Assembly (NCBI RefSeq): GCF_009914755.1
Contig: NC_060947.1
Reading direction: 5' to 3' (one strand)
DNA length: 64,000 nucleotides
Source of the DNA: the human T2T-CHM13v2.0 reference genome, Homo sapiens
In this document: positions 44,541-62,609 of the stretch, piece after piece
Layout of the letters: each line of letters begins with the position of its first letter
Position numbering within the stretch: the stretch's first letter is position 1
Notes under the pieces: generated by a model
Databases searched by the model: none
Told to the model about the DNA's origin: nothing
What the model saw: the letters and a program-made list of their open reading frames with translations, nothing else
Made by a program: the position numbers and the translations under genes

Positions 44541-46229
44541 CTGTAAAAAAATGTGAAAAAGAACATAAGAAAAGAGGAAATTCCAGGAAGACAACACTGA
44601 AAGTGAATACATTGTAACTAAGTTATTAGTTGATTTACTGCTAAGGGTTATGTTATTTAAATCTCCTTTCTTTCAATGAAATATAGACATAAATTATAAA
44701 GGGCATGACAGTCATCTTCACATTGAAAATCTGCAGGGAAAGAAACAGGAAGAGTAGGCTAACAGTAATATCAAATAACATTGAGTATATAAAATTGACT
44801 ATAATTTTTCTTTAGGTTTTCACAAAAAGAAGCATCAGAAAACAGCAATGCTAGGGTTGTGTGCATATTTTTAAGTCAAATTCCAAAAATATTCAGTTAT
44901 GTAGAATACAAGGATTTAAAAAACAATCTTGCTATTGTTATTACCACTAAATGGAAAATTCAGGCTATATACTGTGGAAGGAAAAAACAATGACATATAT
45001 AAAATAAAATTTATTTTTGTTTACACTGCCATTCCCAAAGTTCATCGCTACAAACATATTGTAACACATAGATGTGTTGGTAACGCAATGTCACGATATT
45101 GTCTTAGAACTTACAGTAGTTTTCTATTTCTTACTAGATAAGTAAGGCCTCTTGTTGTCTTGGCCACACCTTGCCTCTTCTACCTACCTTGTCCACTGAT
45201 GTTTCAAGAAAATCTTCCTCTCTAGGCAGAATGGTCTTATTATCACTCCCTGAGTACACCATTTTCTTTTTTACTTTTGTATATATTGCTTTTCATTTTC
45301 AAAACCTACCTTAATTCAAGGTTTCATTCCAATCCTACCTTCCCTGGAAGCCCCCTCAATGATTACCAGCCATATTAATGCCTTCCTTTGCTTTTCATTC
45401 TATAACAACTCTATATGGTCCATAACATTTAGCACATACAAACACCTCCCCCTCCCCCCACATACACCTATATATGTATACATGAATTTTGCCATATTAT
45501 ACATATTAATGAAACTATGCAAATATTAACAGCTAACATTTTCATAATGCTTTAAGGCTTATAACATATTTTTAAATCCAGTATCTCATTCATTCATTCA
45601 TTCATTCAGTAGTTCAGTTTCCCAATATACCTGCTGCAGATATTATACTGAGGAAATAGAAACTTCTGGAAGGGAAAGTAAAGGAACTAACATACTTCCT
45701 ATTCATGAGGCATCATAGGAAGCAGTCCTTGTTATGCCTCCCTTCATACTTATAACCACCCCATGAGGTCAGCATCATTTTCAAATAATTTGTCTAAGTG
45801 AGTGGACAAGTATGTGATAGGGACAAGATCGAAATCTCTGTCTAGCTATGTCCTGTGCTCTTCCCATTGATTATAGCTATACCTACTGGGTGTGCAAGGA
45901 ACAAATGCACATCTTTAAGCCCTACAACAGTTCCATGATAGTGTAAAGTCCTAAAGAACAAGAAAAAATATATTTATACTTTCAATGTACCCCTACCTAA
46001 TACTCAGCAGAAGACACACTGTAGACACCTAATGAACAGTTGATTCTATTATTTGATTCTCGGTGTGGTTTTATATAAATGAATGAAAATACTTTCACAT
46101 TTATACAGGCTCTAAAAACTTTACCAAGTTTCCATTTCACACCTAAGGAACATTTTCCAATGTCAAATAGGATTCTTCTCCAAAATAATGTTTATAGTTG
46201 CCTAGTCTACTATAAACATTATTATAATG

Positions 46230-46890
<661 letters not shown>

Positions 46891-47121
46891 TGTCCTGTGG
46901 GGAGAAAAGAAACGCTATTTTAAAAACTGGCTGTAGTTTAAGCTGGTTAGTTGATCTATGAGGACTAAAAAACATCTCATAGCGAAGGAATCAGTTTTGC
47001 TTAGGCGTTTTCCTTTGTAATTGTGATATATGAGGGTAAGCACGATTCAACTTAGATGAGAGAGGGGTTAGGAAAAGGAGAGAGCTAAACTGATTGCATA
47101 ATGAAGCAATAAGAATTTAGG

Positions 47122-47602
47122 CTCTTTCTGCCATCTCTCCATGCTGCCATAATGGTGTGCATGAATGTCCTGGCTGATGCTATCCAGAGCATCAACAATA
47201 CCAAAAAGAGGCAAACACCAGGTTCTTATTAGGTTGTGCTCCAAAGTTACTGTCCAGTTTCTAACTGTGATGATGAAGCATGGTTACATTGGTGAATTTG
47301 AAATCACTGATGATCATAGAGCTGGGAAAATTGTTGTGAACCTGAGGTAGGTTAAACAAGTGTGGAGTGATCAGCCCCAGATCCCAGATTTGATGTGCAA
47401 CCCAAAGATCTAGTAAAATGGCAGAATAACCTGTTCCTATCCCACCAGTTTGGATTCACTGTACTAACGACCTCAGCTGGCATTATGGACCATGAAGAAG
47501 CAAGATGAAAACATATAGGAGGGAAAATCCTGGAATTCTTTTTCTAGGGATGTAATATATACTTACAAATAAAATGCCTCAATGGACTCTGGTGTTTCCA
47601 AA
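47122..47602 (+). pseudogene. RPS15A: RPS15A (40S ribosomal protein uS8) processed pseudogene
   Basis: 5' TOP-like CTCTTTC start; ATG 47152 ([10 protein letters not shown]...), [26 protein letters not shown] 47545-47547, AATAAA 47568; intronless with frameshifts and a CGA>TGA stop; TSD AAGAATTT(A/G)GG. Symbol given is the parent gene; pseudogene number not determined. Confidence 0.93.
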
Positions 47603-47941
47603 AAGAATTTGGGAGATGTTCTGAGAGCTAGAGGACTTTCTGGAGGGACCCAGAAGGGATGAGGGAAAAGACGGAGCCTGGGGAGGAGGCAGCAAAGTGG
47701 TGAGAAGTATAAAGACTAAGGAGGGAACCAGTCCGTGAGAAATACTTGGAAATTATTTACTGCCCTGTGCTATAATTATCAGCAAGGATCAATCCATTTT
47801 GTCTGGTCATATCTGAAATACTGGTACTTGAAATGACAATCTCTACACATGTGCATACACACATGGGGGTATTTTTAGGTTTCTACTTTCTTCCACTGAC
47901 TTGCCTATTCTTGCATCAAGTTACCATTTAAAATACTGTAG

Positions 47942-48240
<299 letters not shown>

Positions 48241-48256
48241 TGGACAGACAAAATAA

Positions 48257-48625
<369 letters not shown>

Positions 48626-49715
48626 TTCACCAACATTTTCTTATGATTTTTTTCTTCCCAGTTGACTTTTAAAATCATTTTGTCAAACTATAAAAAATCT
48701 TTGTATTTTGATTCAGATGGTAAATGTATAGGTTAACTTCTAGAAATTAACATTTTCTAATATTCTCATCAATGAACATGATATGTCTCTCCACTTCCTT
48801 TCATGTCTCTAAGTTATAGTTTTACGATTTTCTTTATATTGGTTTAAAGTATTTATTATTAGGCTTTTTCCCTGTACATGTTATATTTTAGTTGCTATTG
48901 TAAATGGGATCTTTCAGCCATTATATGTTTTTTTTTAATTCAATGCTTCATAACCACAGATATCAAACAAAACCACCTGTGCAACTTAGTAAATATACAG
49001 GCACATTCTTTGAAGGGTTACTCTGAAAGAGAGGCATCACTGTGAAAATATTTTTCTATTATTAAAGCTATTTGATTATTTATAATATTAATTGATATTA
49101 AAGTAAAAGAAGCAATCTACTAATTTTAAATTTCATGAGATATAGAAATAAAAACTAAAAATACTGTTATTTATGCAAATTTTATTCAACGAAATTTAAA
49201 ATACACATATTCATAATACATACCATCCTGATATCCTAACCTTGAACCTTTTGAACAAAGTTGATGACTCAATTCTTTGATAAACTTTATTTGATAATAT
49301 AATGATTCTACAAACTGACAAGGCATCTTTTATTGCTCTTCTCTTTGGCTTCCCATCTTGGGGTGCTTCTGGGGCTGTCAAGAACCCCCAAAGAACACAT
49401 TGTGAATTTTCCTAGTTGGCTCCATTCTGAGGGAATGAAAGGAGAGGGAGAAGAAACCCTCCTATGGAAGAGTATGGGGGAGGTGGACTTCTATACTGTA
49501 TGCAGAGAGAAATTAAGGGCAGTTTAGTCTGAATTGTGAAAAGTAATGGGATTATGAATGAGCTTAGCTGTCTCTCCTTTTCATCCATCTGAATTTTTAA
49601 AATTTATAATAAACATGCATTATTTATATAATTAAGAAATTATCCAAAACCAAACTCATCAAATAAACAAAACAGATCACAGGTCTTGAGGCACAAGGTA
49701 TTACTGGCTGCACAT

Positions 49716-49786
49716 TGAGGGAGATCAGAATATGCCACTCCAAAATATGCTGCTTTGGCAACAGGATTATCTGGAGTTGAAGGCAC
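49716..49786 (+). mobile_element. MER34-like LTR 5' fragment
   Basis: TGAGGGAGATCAGAATATGCCACTCCAAAATATGC. Confidence 0.45.
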
Positions 49787-49925
49787 AAAATCACGTGCTA
49801 TGATTTCACAGCAATGTCAAATTGCTGTAACAGTTTCTAAATGTTTACTGTCAATTTCTGTATGTATCTCATGGCAGACTGGTGACAGATTGGTACTTAT
49901 CTGCAAATATCCTTGAAGAACACTG
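49787..49925. mobile_element. Charlie1-like DNA transposon terminal fragment
   Basis: CAATGTCAAATTGCTGTAACAGTTTCTAAATGTTTACTGTCAATTTCTGTA...CACTG resembles the recalled Charlie1 end. Confidence 0.5.
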
Positions 49926-50016
49926 TTGTACAGAGCAAATCTGGATTTTTCCAACCAGCATTTTTTCTGAGGATGACAAAAACGCCAACTACAAAAACTG
50001 TATGAAATGTTTAAAA

Positions 50017-50330
50017 TTATTTATTTATTTTTTAAATGGAGACAGGGTCTCGTTTTGTCACCTAGAGCTGGACTGCAGGGGCACAATCATGGCTCACTGC
50101 AGCCTGGAATGCCTGGGCTCAGGTGATCCTCCCGCCTCAGCCTCTGAAGTAGCTGTGACTACAGGCATGCACCACCACACCTGGCTAATTTTTTTATTTT
50201 TAATTTTTGTAGGGACAGGATCTGGCTATGTTGCCCAGGCTGGTCTGGAATTCCCGGGCTCAAACGATCCTTTTGCTTGGGCCTCTCATCTTAAAGTGCT
50301 GGGATTACAGGTATGAGCCATTGTGCCCAG
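50017..50330 (-). mobile_element. AluJ
   Basis: Antisense dimeric Alu. Confidence 0.85.
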
Positions 50331-50696
50331 TCAAACAAAAAGTTTTTGTTAAAGCTTGTGAGAATTAACAGTATAGTGAGTGAAAAACTAGTCCTGAGAA
50401 CAGAGAAAGGATTACAACTCAAAGAGGTGAACAAGAGCTGCTTCTGCCCTAGGGGAAGAATGTGGGTTTTGGAAAGGAGGGGTACTTTTAGGAACTCTAG
50501 AGAGGTAGGAGGGGGTGGGGTGGTCAGATGGAGAATGACAGGGTCCAGTTGCTTTTGCACCAGGGTGATCTAAGAGGTTAAGGCTCTGATGAAACACCCT
50601 TTGCTCCTGGCTGGGACCATAGAGCTGCACTATGAAAAATGGGGTACAGAATAAATTCTGGTATGTCATGTTGGTAGCACAGAAAAACCTCAATGC

Positions 50697-51015
50697 TGGT
50701 TGGGCATGGTGGTGGCTCAGGCCTGTAATCCCAGCACTTTGGGAGGCTGAGGCAGGCAGATTGCTTGAGCACAAAAGTTCAAGACCAGCCTGGGCAAAAG
50801 AGTGAGATGCTGTCTCTACAAAAAATAAAAAAAAATTAGCTGGGTGTGGTGGTACACACCTGTGGTCCCAGCTACTCAAGAGGCTGAGGTGGGAGGATCG
50901 CTTGAGCCCAGGAGATTGAGGTTGCAGTGAGCCATGACTCTGTCAGTGCACTCCAGCCTGGGCAACAGAGCAAGACCCCATCCCCACCCACCAAAAAAAA
51001 AAACACAAAAAAAAA
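50697..51015 (+). mobile_element. AluJ
   Basis: TSD AAAAACCTCAATGCT. Confidence 0.9.
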
Positions 51016-51206
51016 ACACCCCAAAAACCTCAATGCTTACTATGGAGATAAAAGCTCAGTCTAAAAACTTCTGCAAGAAACGAGTACTCAGAGTATGTTT
51101 CCTAACCACAAAGTAGTTATGTTAGAAATAAATTAACAAAATAACTAGAAAACCCTAAATGCTTGGAAATTGAGAAATCATGCTAAATAGCCAATTAATC
51201 AAATAA

Positions 51207-51619
<413 letters not shown>

Positions 51620-52475
51620 TAATAGACCCACAAATATAGAAAAATGGCTGAAAGGAGGAGGGGCATAGGTCCAATCTTACAGGTTAAGAAGCTGGTGATC
51701 CATGTTACATACACAACTTGGCACTGGAGAAACCTTGCTTAAAGTAGGTAATCTACTATTGATAGAACAATACACCAATACAACTTTCTGAAGGGCAATT
51801 TTATAATGTGTGACAAAAACCTTAAACATGTATATGTCCTTCGGCTCAATTATTTCCTTCCAAGGGAAATAATTAGGAATACTGGTCAAGTTTTAATGAC
51901 AAGGGTTTATCACAGCTATTTATAATAGGGAGAAATTAGAAGCAACCTAAATTCCCAACAGAATGGTTACATAAATTGTGGTAACTAGAGTAGAATATTA
52001 TATTGCCATTAAATGATGTTATAGACATATATTTATTGACATAGATGTTCATAATACATTAACATGTATAAACATATATATGCATATTTATGTATAAGTA
52101 GATGCAGTGTGAAGCCTTTGCTATTAAAATGGGGTGTTAAAGACTGGGTAGAATTCTATTTGAAATTTTTTGTTTTCTTCTTTTTACCTTTACTTTTAAA
52201 AAAATGAATAGGCACTATACTTTTGTCATAGGAAATCAGTTCTGTTAAAAAAAAAAAGCAGAATGCAGATGAAATGGTACTTACAAAGTAGTTTGTATCC
52301 ATAAACTTGTTTTAAAACTTTAATTAGAAATTTAATAGAAATATTGTGAATGCTGACTTAAAATATTAGAAAATATGAAAAGTTACCAAGTCAGTGACAT
52401 CTCATCATGAGACATGTTTTAAAAAACAGCAAATTAAACCCAATGAAGGTAGAAGGAAATAATAAGCAGAAATTA

Positions 52476-52845
<370 letters not shown>

Positions 52846-53041
52846 TTTAAAGCAATTAATAAATCTAGAAAATTCCTAACATTTGGAAACTAGACAATAT
52901 ACTTTTATTACATGTATCTCAGAATAAATCATTAGAAAATATTTTAAACTGAATAATAATAACAGTAAACACATCAAAACTTGTAAAATGTAGGTAAAGC
53001 AGTACTTAGAGGGAAATTTACTGCTATAAATGTACATATTA

Positions 53042-53346
<305 letters not shown>

Positions 53347-53800
53347 GAGAAGGGCTAAACATTTAAGAACTAAACATCTACCTGTATAAGTTACATAAAG
53401 ATCATCAAATTAAATTCAAAGAAATTAGATGAAAGGAAATAGAAGCAGAAATTAATGAAATGGAAGACAAACATATTCAAGAAATTAACAAAGCTAAAAG
53501 TTGTTCCCTGTGAAATGATGAATCTCTGGCAAGACTGATAACAAAAAGAAAAGAGAAAAGACACATATAGCACCCAGTATTAACAATGAAGGAGATATCA
53601 TTTCATATGCTGCAGAAATAAAAGATGATACTGAAACTTTATGTCACAAATTTAAAAATGTATATGAAACCGACAAATTCTCAGAAAAATAAAACTCACC
53701 AAAATTAACAAAAAGAATTAGAAAACTTGAATAATCCTTTACTGATTCAAGAAACTGAATCAGTAATTTAATCTTCTGAGACAGAAAACTCTAGGCCTAG

Positions 53801-54115
<315 letters not shown>

Positions 54116-55549
54116 CATTTCTGACAAGTTCTATTGAACATTCTAAGGAGAAATAAAAGAATAAAAAGCAGGAATAGTTTCCAACTCACTTTATGAAAAT
54201 AGTTTAATCCATATACTAAAACCTACTGTGGACAGTATGAGACAATTAAAAGACAACCTCACTAAAGAACATAGATGCAAGTAACCTAAACAAAAGTTTA
54301 ACAACCCCAAACAGGCAATATATAAGAATTACACCAGGTCCAAATTGAGTTTACCCGAGGAATGCAAAACTTTTAACATTTGGAATTAATATAATTGTGT
54401 ACACTGATAGATTAAAGATGAAAGATTATGTGGTCAGGTCAATAAATGTCAAAACACTTAAAACTATGTATTTGTGATTAAAAAACTTAAAAAACTCTTA
54501 GATCAGGAACAAGCCAAGAAAGTCCACTCTAACAATTTAAACTCAATATTATTCTGGAGGTCCTAGCCAGGGCAGTAAGGCAAGATAAAGAAATAAAATG
54601 TATGAGAATAGAAAAGGAAGAAACAGTCACTAATTACAGATGGTATATATAGAATATCCAAAATAATCTAAGTTAAAATTAGAACTAAGCAGAGTTCAGC
54701 AAAATCATTGTAAGTTATATGAAATTTTAAAAGAGTGTTTCTTTAAGAATGTAGAAATAAATCTAAAAGAAAGGTATATAAGATCTCTGTGGAGAAAAGT
54801 ATGATTTTTTTAAGAGAAATTAAACAAATGAAATAAATGGAGAGAAAATTATCCTGTTCACTGACAAGAAGACTCAATATTGTAAACAGCCGATGTCTTC
54901 CAAGTTGAAGCATAGATTCAACAGAATTTGAATGAAAATCCCAACAGGTTTTGTGGAAACTCTAAAGCAGAATCTAAAATGTATATGGAATTGCAGAAGG
55001 CCAAGAAGACTCAAGATATTCTGGAAGAATAACACCTCTTGGAGTTTTTGCTGTACTTGATTTCAAAATTTAGCCCCCACCTCCATGTCCACAGGTACTA
55101 TGTATGGAATGTCCTACAAAGCTCAGTAATTAAGTGTATGATATTGACACTAGGACAGACAACAGCACAGTAGAACATAACAGAGAGCCTAGAAACATAA
55201 CCATACATACATAGAGGCTTGATTTATGACAAAGGAGGATACTGGGCAAACACAGTCTCTTCAAAGAAATGTGTGCTTATGTGGACCAGGATATGTGTAC
55301 CTGAATGTTTATAGCAGCATTGTTCACAATGGTCACAAACTGTGAACAACCCAATGTCCATCAATAGTAGAATAGATAAAATGGGTATAGAATACTATAT
55401 AGCAATGAAAGGAAATTAATTACAGCTACACAAAGGAATATGGCTGAATCCTGAAGACAAAATACTGAGTGAAGCAGATGTAGCCAAACCTAAACTGCTT
55501 GGTTTATTTTATATACAGTTCAAAGACAGAAGTAACCTTATTTTGCTGT

Positions 55550-55810
55550 AATAAATAATTAAAGCTAGCATTTATTGAGTGCTTACTACGTGAAAGGTAT
55601 TTTCTAAGTCCCTTATATGCATTAACTCATTCAATGTTTACACGAGAAGTCTACGACATAGGTATTATGACTACCTCCCCTATTTTACTTACGAGAAAAC
55701 TGAGAAACAGCAAAAGTTAAGTAACTTGACCAAGAGATCACACAGCTTGTAAGGGGTAGAGCCTGGATTCTAACTCAGGCAAGCTGACTTACAGTCCATG
55801 CATTATCCTC
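55550..55810 (-). mobile_element. MIR
   Basis: GCATTTATTGAGTGCTTAC...GAAAACTGAG...GTTAAGTAACTTG MIR core. Confidence 0.7.
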
Positions 55811-56430
55811 CACAAAATGCTCAGGTTACAAAGAGGGAAACTTCCTCACTTCTGCTCCAGGCTTTCAGTTACTTAATGGAAGACAAGAGATTACAACTAA
55901 GTAGGTAAAATCATAATGTAAAGAAAGGCTCCATATGTGAAATCCATTTTCATGCCTATTATGGGGGCCCCATGTTCCAGAACCATATAGGGGGATTTTT
56001 AAAATACAGAGCCTATGTCCCCATCTTTCCAGATGATACATATGAATACTATATTATTGATATAATTTAAATGAATTGTCTATATTTAGTAAGTTTGTTG
56101 ATAAATGCTGTAATCCTTGCATACACAAATCAGTCTTTTTTAAAAAAATCTTTAATTCTGTTTTTTTTCTAATTCAGGGCTTTGTTTGTGGTACTGTTTT
56201 GATGTCTTCACAAATGTCCCATAACTACCATCTTTTCCCAACACTTTTGCATTCTTTATGCTCCTGCCTGGGATGTCCTTTCTTCACCTTTCCACCCATC
56301 TGACTCCTACACTGGTGCTGATGCCCTTTATCAACTTCCTATAAGCCTGTCTGCCTATTCTAGCTCCTAACTGTTTCTTCCAATGAACTTATGAGGCCCT
56401 AACAATCTGTACCTCTCTACGGTCATTTAG

Positions 56431-56737
<307 letters not shown>

Positions 56738-57049
56738 AGTTACTATTATTTATTTCATGGGTAGGTGCCTTCTGGTCTGTACAATTGTCTATAGACAAAT
56801 AGAGAGCATAAACAGGTATTTTGTCTTCAGCATACTATCCCACATATTGATGAATATATACAAATATTTGTTGGTGGCGAATTCATTTCTGAAAGAAAGG
56901 AGTCATGTACGCATAATCTTTTTCACCCTTTCCCCATCTAAACTACTCCGTATTTGTGGGGGGATTATGTTTCATTCAGTATTCAATCATTAAACATCTA
57001 CTATTTGTAGAGGATAGAAGGACCAGTTACATGAAGATCCCATCTTCTA

Positions 57050-57402
<353 letters not shown>

Positions 57403-60400
57403 GAAAGTCTTCATGGAGTAGTCAGCCTCTGAGACAGGTCCTCAAGAAGCAAGGGTGAGAGCATGGGGGAGTGGTGGTGACTACATGGTAGTTAAGAGGA
57501 CAGCAGCATTTCAAGGCATTTGTTCCGACAAAGAACAATAAGGCCTGGAGCACCAGGAAATGTGTCAACATAGTAGGTGGGTTTGGGGTTGGGAATGTCT
57601 GAGGTGCTATAAATGGAGCTAAGGCCTCCTCTTGCACTGATACTGTAAATAGGATATAATCATATTTTTTCAATATGAATGGTGCTTATTCAGGATTGTT
57701 AATTAAGATATGCAAGTAGATAGAAACCTTCACCTTTTCAATGGAGAAAGGGAATATTCACTGTTTAATAAAGCAATTCTGATATACTGTCAAAGACATT
57801 AAAATGACTGAGCATATCCTCAAATGCCTCTTTACCAATTGTAGTTCTTTTGGTGGAAGCTGTCTATTCCTGTCCTTGCCTGTTTGTGTATGAAGCTTAA
57901 TATCTTCCCTTTCGTTGGGGTGAACTCTTTATGTTCGATAGAATGTAAACCTTTTATGTCAAGATTGAAGCAAATTAATTTTCTAGTTTTTTCAATTTTT
58001 GTTAAATCTATTGATACCTTTTTTCTTTGTGGATCCCAGTTCTTTGAAGTTTTAAAAGCTCTCTAAAGATCTGTTAAATAATTTTATCTTTTGCTAGCTT
58101 TCCTATGATTTGATTAGCTTCTATCAACTCTATTTTGTTTGTAGTATTTTTGTTGTATGTGCATGTGTGTGGGGAAGGGTGAATCTAAATTGATTTCTGA
58201 ACTGTTAACTTGTTTTCTCAACACTATTTAAAAATCTTTCTTTTCCCTGTTATATTTACTGAACTTTATTGTATATACTACTGAAAGGACTCGTACTGCA
58301 GAGGAATGCCTGGTGCTGCCTGACTAAAAAGCTGTTTTTTCTTTCCCCCTGTCCTGTATCCTTCTAAGTGAATCTGATGCCAAGTGTGTCCTGTGGTAGT
58401 TCTGTGGGTCTAAATGTTTAGTAGTGCAAATATCTGCCATTTTTAGCTTTTATAGTAGAATATGGGATTTTTTCCCCTATCAAGGCTCTTAAAATGAGGG
58501 ATTCTCCAAATACTTGAAGAGAGTTCAGGTGTTGGGATGGCCAAAATCAATGAGAAATGCCCCCCCTACACATCGGTTTTAGGCTCAAGCCTGGCAGATC
58601 TTGGTCATGACACTTAACCTTTCTGGGTTGATCATGACTCCTCAATAAAGATGGGATTTGGCTCAGTAATTTCTAAGGTCTTTTTTCATATCTTATTTGT
58701 TTCTTCGAAAAAAAGACTGCCTTGAAAGATTTTGCCACTTCTAAAATTGATATGTAGTCTGAAATACTGTTTATCGAATTTTAGAAACTGAGAACTGTTC
58801 TAATGTCCATCTAGATAACAAAGATTGATTTTTCACAATTTCCAGGGTCCTATATTTACCTCTTTTTTCTTCTTTCTAGACATTTTTCCTCTCCAATTGC
58901 TTAAATGATCAAGAGCTCTTGACCCCTAATCAATGTTGTTTGACAATGGTGCCTCCTAGTGGATAAGGAAGCTCCAGCTACAAGGGATAGCAAATAATTC
59001 TAAGACGACCTCTGGATTTGTTGTTTACGTTAACATACATATCTGTATGGCTTTCTAATAATTTCCAGAAAAAAAGCAAGGCAGATAAGAGCAATAGCCC
59101 CTATTCTGTTCTAGCTTCTACCATGTAGGAACTTCACTGTTAGTCCTCAGTGTACTCACTAATCCTCACAGCTAAACACCCACCTCCCTAATCTCTAACA
59201 CTAAAGTGAGGGGGAGGGACCTCCAGATATAAATCACGATGAGTTACATCACAGAATCTTAGAACTGGAAGTTTAAGAGACTTGCTTTAGGTTAGTAACT
59301 AATTAATAGCAGATAGGACTAGAACCTCAGTCTCTTGATTCTCAGCCCGCTGTATAACTCCATGCTTCCTGTTCACCTTTTTGAAGGAGGAGGCTGCTAT
59401 TGCCTTAACTTGGACTTACGGGGGTTATCGAGAGAACAGTGACATTCTAATTCTTCAAGGGGATTATTTTTTTAATTACTGAAATCCTCACAAGTTCTTT
59501 CCCAACTGACCAGGAGACAGACAGGGTTTCATGGGGTTAGGTAGAACTAAGTTTCCAAGCTACTATTGTTTCTGTACTCAAAATGAGCTCTGTTCAACTA
59601 GGACGTTGGTTAGTTAAATGGCCCCAGTTATGCTTGCAGGGTTTAAAGGCCCAAGTTCTCGAGTTTCTCTCTCTTCTACCCAGCCCTCTCTCCCCAAATT
59701 TTTTAACTTCATTAATTCAAAAAAAATTATTATACAAATACCTTATGTGCAATTCTTTATCTACTGGATGTATTAGTTCAGCTAGTTTAAACACACTTTT
59801 TTTTAAGTTTCTTAGACCTTTGACCTAGTCCTACTTACTTTTGCAGGTAGAAGCTGGGATGGATCCTCTGCCACCCCAAACCAAATCAGTCATAACCATT
59901 GCATCAGTTTGCTTGCTATCCTGTGTAAGTTCTTGTAACTCTGGTATGGATGTGTATCTGCGATTGTTTCTAAGTCTCTCTAGCCCTTATTTCCATTCTT
60001 CTCTCTAGAAATAAGTTCTCCTTCTTGCTCCTCAAAACCTTCTCTTCATTCAGAGGCAGGTGTATCAGTGCAGCCCCTGCCATCACTAACAGTACAGCTC
60101 CTGATCTCTAGGAGAGGGAGTGCCCTTTCAAACGATGTAGATATGAAAACCACAACAAGTTCCTTCTAGTCGCTTGTGGAATTCATGGATTTTGGGGTTT
60201 TTTTTTGACAGTTCTACTTGTGTCCTGTCTTCTGTTTATCTGCCTCACAGAACATCTAAATAACTGTAAATAACCATGCCAGCCCTGATATGGCCTTGCA
60301 GATCAGGAAGGTGGTACAGGTGAAGGATGAATCTGGAAAATGATCTCACCTTGAACAAACACACTGGGGATTACAAAATAATCATATGGTTAATTTTTTA

Positions 60401-60904
60401 TTTTCTGCTTTCATTTTACTGCCATTTGCACTCTGAAATCAAACTAGCTCGTGTAATCTTACTTTTAGGCAAGTTTCTGGCTAAAATGAAAATGTCAATA
60501 TTGGTATTTGTAAAACTATAGATGTATACAGATATAAACAAAAACAGAAGCACAAGCATAGGTATTTGCTCAAGATTAAATTGTTCCAACTTAGCAAGAA
60601 AAATGGAACCATTATTGTGTCCTCAGGAGAATATCCCATATGCCCATGAATTATTTCCAAGTTTCAGACATTACCAAGAAAAAAATAGAAGTCCTTGAAT
60701 GTTCAAATAACATCATGAGCAATTTGCAAACAACCACAAAACTCTTTACATAGACAAAAGCCAGCAGTTAACTAAACTGATCCTTTGAGTATTACAGGAA
60801 GACACAGATACCTAAATTTATTATCCTCATAGACTATGATTTTTACATTAGTCACTCCTCTGAAATAAGATACTGAAGGTTCCTGTGAAATGCAGGTACT
60901 TTAA

Positions 60905-61140
60905 TAGCTAATAGCAAAGATTTACTGGGCATTTATCTACATGCCAAGTGCCATTTAAAGTGCTTTACAAGTAGTAACTTATTTAATCCTCATAAAAACA
61001 CTAGGAGACAGGTACTATTTCACAGATGAGGAAATTGAGGCTTAAGACAAATGTTATATAACTTGTCCAAGGTCACATGGTTACAAAGTAGCAGAGCCAG
61101 GATTTGAATATAGGAAATCTGGCTCCAGGTTCCTTAGCTC
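60905..61140 (-). mobile_element. MIR
   Basis: ACAGATGAGGAAATTGAGGC...ACTTGTCCAAGGTCACA core. Confidence 0.7.
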
Positions 61141-62319
61141 TTCTCCTCTAATACTGAGGCTCTATACTCAATAGAATTTATGACAATGACAATGAAGACA
61201 ATGGTAAAACTATGTAGTGTTGTGATTATCAGAGTACTTTTACACTTCATTTCATTCTCAAAAGTTGCTAGGGTAGAAACTGAGGTGCCAAGAAGTGAAA
61301 TGGACCCTGTGCTAATGGTAATGCCTCCTAAACTCTTATTGCTAGCCTAGGTTCTTCTCCTGGGGGCCAGACTCAGGCAGTTTGGAGTAGACACCTACAG
61401 GTGGGTATCCTACAATCACCATAAACTCAAATAATCCAAGAAAATTAGCAATTTTCTTCTCCAAACCTTACATCTATCTGAGGTTACAATGTTTCTTCAA
61501 TTTGGGAAAGTTCTGGGCTATTATCTTTTTGAATAAGGTCTCTTTTCTTCATCATTCCCTCTATGTTCTACTTCTAGAATTCCTGTTTATGTGTGTTGGA
61601 TATTCTCAACTGGCCTCTATGACTCTCAGCTTCTCTTTCATACTTACCGATGGTTTTATTTGTACACATCCAAGCTAATCTCCATTCTCTCATCTTGCAC
61701 CTTGTTCCAAAGTCATAGCCCACCACTATTAGCAGTGTCCCAACCACACAAGCTGGCTCATATTTCTGGCCATTCATTCCACATGCTCTTTGCCTGCCTG
61801 TAATGCCTCTCTCTTTTCCCACTCATATAGTCGATTTGCCATCTATATTCTATTAAACTCTCCCATCTAAAGCCCCAGCCCAATCATGGAAACAGCAGTG
61901 GGCTTCTGTTTGCCACTGGATGAAACAGATCCCTGATTCAAAAGAAGGTTATCTATAGGGGGGTCAGGTCAACAACTTAGGATACTCAGTTCTAGAAAAA
62001 AGGGGGGGAAACTGAGATAATCAGATAGATACATTCACTCATTCATGTTTATTTTTTTTCTATCTGGAATGTGAAGTAAGAAAAGCAGAAAGAAATTACT
62101 TGGGCTTCAAGGTCATACAAATTTTGGAAACTGGGGTGCCCGTTTTGGGGTCATGTGCAAGCGCTTGAGTAACTGGAGAAAGCTGGTTCTTCCAGAGCAA
62201 AGTAGACACAAAACCCTAAGGAATGAAGAGAACAGTAACTTGGATTCCTGAGATCTTTTTTCCTAGTTCCTATGAGGCCTGGCTTCATTCTATTTTCTTT
62301 CTTTAAATTTTATTATTTT

Positions 62320-62609
62320 GCCAGGTGCAGTGACTCATGTCTGTAATCCCAGCACTTTGGGAGGCGGAGGTGGGTGGATCGCTTGAGCCCAGGAAATTGA
62401 GACCAACCCAGGCAACATGGTGAAACCCTGTCTCTACAAAAAAATACAAAAATTATCCGCGTGTGGTAGCGTGCACCTGTAGTCCCAGCTACTTGGAGGC
62501 TGAGGTGTGAGGACAGCTTGGGCCCAGGTGGTCGAGGCTGCAGTGAGCCATGATTGTGCTACTGCACTCCAGCCTGGGAGACAGAGTGGGACCCTGTCTC
62601 AAAAAGAAA
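62320..62609 (+). mobile_element. AluJ
   Basis: Dimeric Alu. Confidence 0.9.
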
